64,000 nucleotides of DNA. Origin: Tyzzerella sp. Its GTDB lineage: Bacteria > Bacillota > Clostridia > Lachnospirales > Lachnospiraceae. The first letter of the stretch is position 1, and each line of letters begins with the position of its first letter. The stretch lies in NCBI GenBank assembly GCA_017410145.1, contig JAFQRJ010000006.1, positions 21,062 to 85,061 on the forward strand, given 5' to 3'. The position numbers were made by a program, and so were the translations under genes. Of the stretch, positions 58,652 to 64,000 are shown one piece after another. The notes under the pieces were generated by a model, which did not search any database, was not told the origin of the DNA, and saw nothing but the letters and a program-made list of their open reading frames with translations.

Positions 58652-59528
58652 AAAAATTAAGAGGTTTGTTCGCATTTCAATATTGTATGTGTGGACAAGA
58701 TTAATTAATTTGATATATAAAAAACCAAGAGTAGTTGATGATTTGAAAACATTAGATGAAATTATCAATTATAATAAGTCCATTACTAGATACGGCGATG
58801 GTGAAATTCTGCTGATGAATATGAAAAATATAAAGTTTCAGATGGCAGATGAAACTTTGGCAACACGACTGAGAGAAGTTCTGGAAAATGAAAGAAAAGG
58901 GCTGTTGGTAGGAATACCCAACATCTTTACACTTAAATGCATGAGATGGTTGACATATGATTCGAAAATTTTTTGGCAACATCAATTGATAGAACAAAGG
59001 GAAATATGGTACAGTATACCAAAAGGTAGAATATATTATGATGCCTGTATTACGAGACCATATATTCGTTATAGCAATAAGCAACATAGCAAACAAATAT
59101 TTGATGGATTAAAAAAAATATGGAACAATAGAGAGGTTGTGATTGTAGAAGGAGTGTATAGTAGACTTGGTCTTGGAAATGATTTGTTCGCCAACACCTC
59201 TTCTTTGCAAAGGATATTATGTCCGGCAACAAATGCTTTTTCAGTATATGACCATATTTTAGATACAACATCTACAGTTGATAAGAAAAAGTTGATCTTA
59301 ATTTCGTTAGGACCAACAGCGACTGTATTGGCATACGATCTCCATGAGAGAGGCTATCAAGCGATTGATTTGGGTCATATAGATTTGGAGTATGAATGGT
59401 ATTTAAGAGGCGCAATGGAACGAGTAGCTATTGATAATAAAATGGTAAATGAACTTGATAATCAAGGCGTAATGGATGAAAAGACAGACGATATTTTTGA
59501 GAGTCAAGTAATTGCTAAAGTATTCTAG
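58644..59528 (+). CDS. GT-D fold (DUF1792) glycosyltransferase
   Basis: SITRYGDGE, ITRPY, VEG..SRLG.GNDLF, CPATNAF, SLGPTATVLAYDL, AIDLGHIDLEYEW. Confidence 0.88.
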   Translation: MLRKIKRFVRISILYVWTRLINLIYKKPRVVDDLKTLDEIINYNKSITRYGDGEILLMNMKNIKFQMADETLATRLREVLENERKGLLVGIPNIFTLKCMRWLTYDSKIFWQHQLIEQREIWYSIPKGRIYYDACITRPYIRYSNKQHSKQIFDGLKKIWNNREVVIVEGVYSRLGLGNDLFANTSSLQRILCPATNAFSVYDHILDTTSTVDKKKLILISLGPTATVLAYDLHERGYQAIDLGHIDLEYEWYLRGAMERVAIDNKMVNELDNQGVMDEKTDDIFESQVIAKVF

Positions 59529-59539
59529 TGGAGGCATGG

Positions 59540-60490
59540 ATGAAATTTAGTGTTATTATTCCGGTTTATAATGTTGAGAAGTATATTAGAAAATGTTTGG
59601 ATAGTGTTCTAAGTCAAACATATTGTAACTACGAAGTGATAGTAGTTAATGATGGTAGTACAGATGATTCACAAAGTATAATCGAAGAATATGCAAACAA
59701 AGATACACGTATTTGTGGTTATATGAAAGAAAATGGTGGATTGTCTGATGCCAGAAATTATGGACTACAATATGTAACTGGTGAATATATTGTTTTTCTC
59801 GATAGTGACGATTATTTGGAAACTGGGCTTCTACAACATCTATATGACGTGTTGAGTGCGGGTGGTCATGTTGATTTGATTCGTTATTCGTTTCAAAAGG
59901 TTGATGAAGACGGTAATATATTACAAAAAATAATTTCACAAGATTACAAGAATTTAAAGTTGGATGATATCGTTGGAAAAATTTTGGAGACAGACTATGT
60001 CGAGCCAGCATGGAGTTACGCATACCGCACAGTTTTTTTTGTTAAGAATGGTTTTAAGTATCCGAAAGGATATTATCATGAGGATTATGGACTTACACCA
60101 TATATCATTTTAAAGGCGAAAAGTGTTTCTTCTTCTTCTTATATAGGACTAAACTATGTACAACGTGCTGGAAGTATTATGAATTCAGGCGCATATGAAA
60201 AAGAGGTAAGAAAAGCAGAAGATGTTTTGGAATTATATTTGAAATTAAAAAAGAGAATTGAAGATTTGACAGTAACCGAAAAAAATAAGCAAATGATGCT
60301 CGGTTTTATGAGTAGAGTTTTATTGGAGAAGACGATGGTATTAGAAAAAAAAGATAGGCATGTCTTCATAGAAAAAATAAAAGGATGTAACGTAAGTCGG
60401 TATTTGTATTTGAAAGGTGTAAAAGGAGCCATTAGAAGAGTGTGGGCAAAGATTAGTCTGAACTCATATTGCAACTATTTTTATAAATAA
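59540..60490 (+). CDS. Family 2 glycosyltransferase
   Basis: SVIIPVYN, VNDGSTD, NGGLSDARN, FLDSDD. Confidence 0.93.
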   Translation: MKFSVIIPVYNVEKYIRKCLDSVLSQTYCNYEVIVVNDGSTDDSQSIIEEYANKDTRICGYMKENGGLSDARNYGLQYVTGEYIVFLDSDDYLETGLLQHLYDVLSAGGHVDLIRYSFQKVDEDGNILQKIISQDYKNLKLDDIVGKILETDYVEPAWSYAYRTVFFVKNGFKYPKGYYHEDYGLTPYIILKAKSVSSSSYIGLNYVQRAGSIMNSGAYEKEVRKAEDVLELYLKLKKRIEDLTVTEKNKQMMLGFMSRVLLEKTMVLEKKDRHVFIEKIKGCNVSRYLYLKGVKGAIRRVWAKISLNSYCNYFYK

Positions 60491-60504
60491 AAAACGGAGA
60501 TGTT

Positions 60505-61470
60505 ATGTGTAAAATTAGCGTGATAATACCTGTGTATAATGTGGAAAAATATATCGAGAGATGCCTAGAAAGTGTGTGCAGCCAAACCATGCAGGATTTT
60601 GAAGTAATTATTATTAATGATGGAAGTAAAGAAAATGAAGAACTGATTATTGATAAATATTTGGCACAGAATTCTAATATATACTATTGCAAAAAGGCAA
60701 ATGGTGGACAAGCTAGTGCTAGGAATCTGGGAATCGAAAAAGCAAATGGTAGGTATGTTCTCTTTTTGGATAGCGATGATTATTTGGAACAAGATGCACT
60801 CGAAACAATGTATACTGCCACAGAAGATGAAAAAGTAGATATTGTTTTATGCGATGGATATTTTGTTTACGAAAAAGGGGAAAAGAAATATTTTAAGACG
60901 AACATTTTTTATACAAAAGACAAAGCAAAAAATTATCTTATTAATGCATGCTCGCCGTGCTTTAAATTAGTAAGAAAAACAATCTTGGAGCATAGCGAGA
61001 GTAGATTTTTGGAGAATAGAATTTACGAAGATTTGGCCAGTGTAGGTACATATCTGTTACATTCTGATGAGATAGTATATATTGAGAAACCGTTATATAA
61101 TTATACTGTTCGCAAAGGCTCTACCATGAACAAAGTGATGTTCGATAAAAAGATGGAAGATATTTTTTTTGCACTTTATAATCTTAAAAATATTTTTACA
61201 AACAAACAAAAATATCATAAGTATAAAGAGGAATTTGAGTTTATTTATATCATGCGTCTTTTGCATGATGCATCGTTGCGATTTTTTGAATTTCCTGAGG
61301 GGCGGGAAAATAACAAAAGAATTGCAGATATTATGAAAAAAGAGTATCCAAAGTGGTGTCACAACCGTTACTATAGAAAAATGAGCTTGAAATATAAAAT
61401 TATCTGTGAATTGTTTGCAAGGGAGAAGTATAAAATTTTGAGTATGATTTTGGAAAGAGGAGATAAATGA
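60505..61470 (+). CDS. Family 2 glycosyltransferase
   Basis: SVIIPVYN, INDGS, NGGQASARN, FLDSDD, YED. Confidence 0.93.
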   Translation: MCKISVIIPVYNVEKYIERCLESVCSQTMQDFEVIIINDGSKENEELIIDKYLAQNSNIYYCKKANGGQASARNLGIEKANGRYVLFLDSDDYLEQDALETMYTATEDEKVDIVLCDGYFVYEKGEKKYFKTNIFYTKDKAKNYLINACSPCFKLVRKTILEHSESRFLENRIYEDLASVGTYLLHSDEIVYIEKPLYNYTVRKGSTMNKVMFDKKMEDIFFALYNLKNIFTNKQKYHKYKEEFEFIYIMRLLHDASLRFFEFPEGRENNKRIADIMKKEYPKWCHNRYYRKMSLKYKIICELFAREKYKILSMILERGDK

Positions 61471-62627
61471 GAAAAATATTGTTTGTAGTTGATGAGAATA
61501 GAATTGGTGGGGTTTCTGTCGTGGTACGCGACATACTTTTGAATCTTGATAGAAAAAAATATGATGTTGATCTGCTTGTCTTACATGATCAGAATGAAAT
61601 GTTAAAGGATTTGCCTGAACATATCAACGTTTTATACGGTACGCCTTTTTTTGACACTATTGATTATACGCTTTCGCAGATATTGAAAACAAAAAGTTTG
61701 AAATTGATATTGAAAAAAGTTCGAATTATTATTGGACTCAAGACAGGATGGATTAAATACTTTATTTTAAATGAAAGAAAAAAAATATTGAAAGAAATAA
61801 AATATGATGTAGAGGTTGCAGCAAAGGATGGATTTACTGCAGTATTCACTGCTTTTGGTGATTCAGTAAAAAAGGTGCACTGGCTTCATTCAGAGTATAA
61901 AGAAACTAATTCAAACTCAAACTATTTGCATTTATTTAGAAAAGTATTATCCAAATTTGAGCAGATTGTTGCAGTGTCGGAAGGTGTTGAGAAACAGTTC
62001 AATGCTATTTATCATATGGAAAACAAGACAATGGTGATTCGTAATTTGATTATGGTAGATCTGATTAAAGCAAGGGGGAGTGACAATCCCGTTTATTATG
62101 AAGCAGATAAAATCAATGTTGTTTTGGTTGGCAGATGTCATCCGGATAAAGGGTACGACAGAATGTTGCAAGTAATTAGAATGATGTATGACAATAATCA
62201 ATTAAGCAAGCTACAGTTCCATATTGTCGGTGATGGACCACAACGAATAGAATTAGAGAGTATCGTTCAAACAAACAATTTACAACAACATGTTAAATTT
62301 TATGGTATGGTAGACAATCCATATCGATATATGAAGAATGCAGATTGTGTTTTTCTGCCATCAATCAATGAGTCTTTTGGCCTGGTTGCTGTTGAATCAC
62401 AGATTTTGGGCGTGCCGGTTGTGGCCACAAAAAATGCGGCAACGGAAAGTATTATAAACAATGGGAAAACAGGAATTGTGGTTGAAAATACAGACGAGGG
62501 TGTGAAAACAGGAATTGAACAAATGTGTAATCAACAGAGATTTTCCCAATTTAAAATGAATCTCATGAATTACAATTATGATAATACTGAAAGTTTGATA
62601 AAATTGAATGAAATATTAGAGGAATAG
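61467..62627 (+). CDS. Family 4 (GT-B) glycosyltransferase
   Basis: IGGV, VGR..PDKG, VGDGP, PSINESFGLVAVE (EX7E). Confidence 0.92.
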   Translation: MRKILFVVDENRIGGVSVVVRDILLNLDRKKYDVDLLVLHDQNEMLKDLPEHINVLYGTPFFDTIDYTLSQILKTKSLKLILKKVRIIIGLKTGWIKYFILNERKKILKEIKYDVEVAAKDGFTAVFTAFGDSVKKVHWLHSEYKETNSNSNYLHLFRKVLSKFEQIVAVSEGVEKQFNAIYHMENKTMVIRNLIMVDLIKARGSDNPVYYEADKINVVLVGRCHPDKGYDRMLQVIRMMYDNNQLSKLQFHIVGDGPQRIELESIVQTNNLQQHVKFYGMVDNPYRYMKNADCVFLPSINESFGLVAVESQILGVPVVATKNAATESIINNGKTGIVVENTDEGVKTGIEQMCNQQRFSQFKMNLMNYNYDNTESLIKLNEILEE

Positions 62628-62631
62628 ATAC

Positions 62632-64000
62632 ATGATGAGAAGACAAGAAAATAATAGGCAAAATTTAATGTTGACATTTCTATTAATAGCCTTTATAATT
62701 TTGCAACCATTTTTGGATTATAGGGAACTGTTTGTTAATGAAAAACTTCAAATTGTAGGATTTACAATTCCAACTCTTGTAAGGTTTATTGGAATATTTG
62801 TAATGGCTTTGATAAGTTTACGATGTATAACATCTAAGAAACTGATTTCATCGTACGTGGCATTTGCAATAGTTGTGATATTATATTTTTTAGCTCATCA
62901 TTTAGTGGTATCAAAAGAAATGATTTTACCATTTTCTTATAAATATTCATTCATGAGCGAATTATTGTATGTTGCCAGAATGATTCTTCCTTTCATTGTC
63001 TTATATCTAACTGTGGTTGTAAAAATAACATATGAGAAATTTATTCTTTGCATACAAGTGGTAAGCTTAACAATAGGGATAGTAATCATTGCAAGCAATC
63101 TGTTTCATGTTTCATTAACCAGTTATTATACAGCGGGTACGTATAATGTTTTGAACTTTATCGAGTGGTTTACTCATGATCTCAGACAGTATACGTTTGA
63201 AGAGTTGACCTCAAAAGGTTGGTTTTTTATGGCAAACCAAATTGGAGCATTGATGATGTTGTTATTGCCAATTAACTTGCATGACATGTTGAAACGAACG
63301 AACAAATTAAGTGTGATTAGTTCGTTGATATTAACTACATCTATGATATTATTGGGAACACGTGTTGCAGTATATGGAGCACTTGGAATGCTGTTGGTAT
63401 ATGTGGTATTGTTTTTGTTTTTTAAGTTGACTAAAAAAGAAGACCTAAAGTGGAAATCGGGTATTGTTTTATTGGTACTAATCTGTGTGATTTGCCTTTT
63501 GTTTGTGTATTCTCCTATTCAAAGTAGGGTTTATTCGTATGGAGAAGTGAACACAGAGGGAATAGATTCTGTAATGAATGATTCTGATTATGACGAGTTG
63601 GACGAGACACAAGTTGAAGAAAATGTTTTGGAACTTTATCACGATTTTAAAATTTCTGATGCATATATTTTGAAAATTTATCCATATAACGAAGACCTTG
63701 AATTCTGGAGTGATTTTATGGAAAATTATCAAGGTGAAGTACAAAACAACCGTAATATGCAAAATTTGATTACACAAAGAATTGCCGAATTGAACAATCA
63801 TTTTTTAAATAAACTCTTTGGATATTCACACACAAGGTTTACGAATGGTGGCTTGTATCTTGAACAAGACATTGTCGTTCATTATTACACACTGGGAATT
63901 GTGGGAATATTTGTTTTGTTAGGGCCATGGTTTTGGTGTCTAGGTAGATTGTTAATTAGAATGTTTATTGGCAAAAATAGGAAAATTTCTTTGATAAATT
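62632..64000 (+). CDS. O-antigen ligase-like / Wzy-type polymerase membrane protein (truncated by window end)
   Basis: Manual translation: MMRRQENNRQNLMLTFLLIAFIILQPFLD...TIPTLVRF...KGWFFMANQIGA...LGTRVA; multi-TM; absent from the ORF track, consistent with no stop inside the window. Confidence 0.75.
   Translation, partial: MMRRQENNRQNLMLTFLLIAFIILQPFLDYRELFVNEKLQIVGFTIPTLVRFIGIFVMALISLRCITSKKLISSYVAFAIVVILYFLAHHLVVSKEMILPFSYKYSFMSELLYVARMILPFIVLYLTVVVKITYEKFILCIQVVSLTIGIVIIASNLFHVSLTSYYTAGTYNVLNFIEWFTHDLRQYTFEELTSKGWFFMANQIGALMMLLLPINLHDMLKRTNKLSVISSLILTTSMILLGTRVAVYGALGMLLVYVVLFLFFKLTKKEDLKWKSGIVLLVLICVICLLFVYSPIQSRVYSYGEVNTEGIDSVMNDSDYDELDETQVEENVLELYHDFKISDAYILKIYPYNEDLEFWSDFMENYQGEVQNNRNMQNLITQRIAELNNHFLNKLFGYSHTRFTNGGLYLEQDIVVHYYTLGIVGIFVLLGPWFWCLGRLLIRMFIGKNRKISLIN

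Overview
Low-GC Firmicutes (Clostridia, Lachnospiraceae-like) chromosomal window, mostly core genes: cysE 3' end, PBP1A, yigZ-hpf-ssb-dapA, tRNA-Arg(CCG), azlCD-argS-alaX, a MoxR/DUF58 operon, tig-clpP-clpX-lon-engB-ytvI, uvrB-uvrA-mreB-recD2-comF and cdaA-cdaR-HPr-leuA. From about 51.9 kb a Wzx/Wzy-type polysaccharide cluster runs off the end. Non-routine content: (1) a non-coding array of five 35-bp units GGGTAT-N20-TATAGAAAA, present twice (438-727 and 24552-24854) with the same architecture (two reverse units, an 18-bp gap, three forward units, ~71-bp period), each time between convergent genes; (2) a dockerin-bearing peptidoglycan hydrolase next to a membrane-anchored cohesin-like protein (20816-24480); (3) an RloA/RloB (AbiL-like) putative defence pair behind the tRNA; (4) a stand-alone pair of BMC shell genes; (5) an NlpC/P60 hydrolase with a WalR-type box and a terminator in its leader. 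No integrase, transposase, cas gene or rRNA was recognised. All calls come from reading motifs by eye; no database searches were run.
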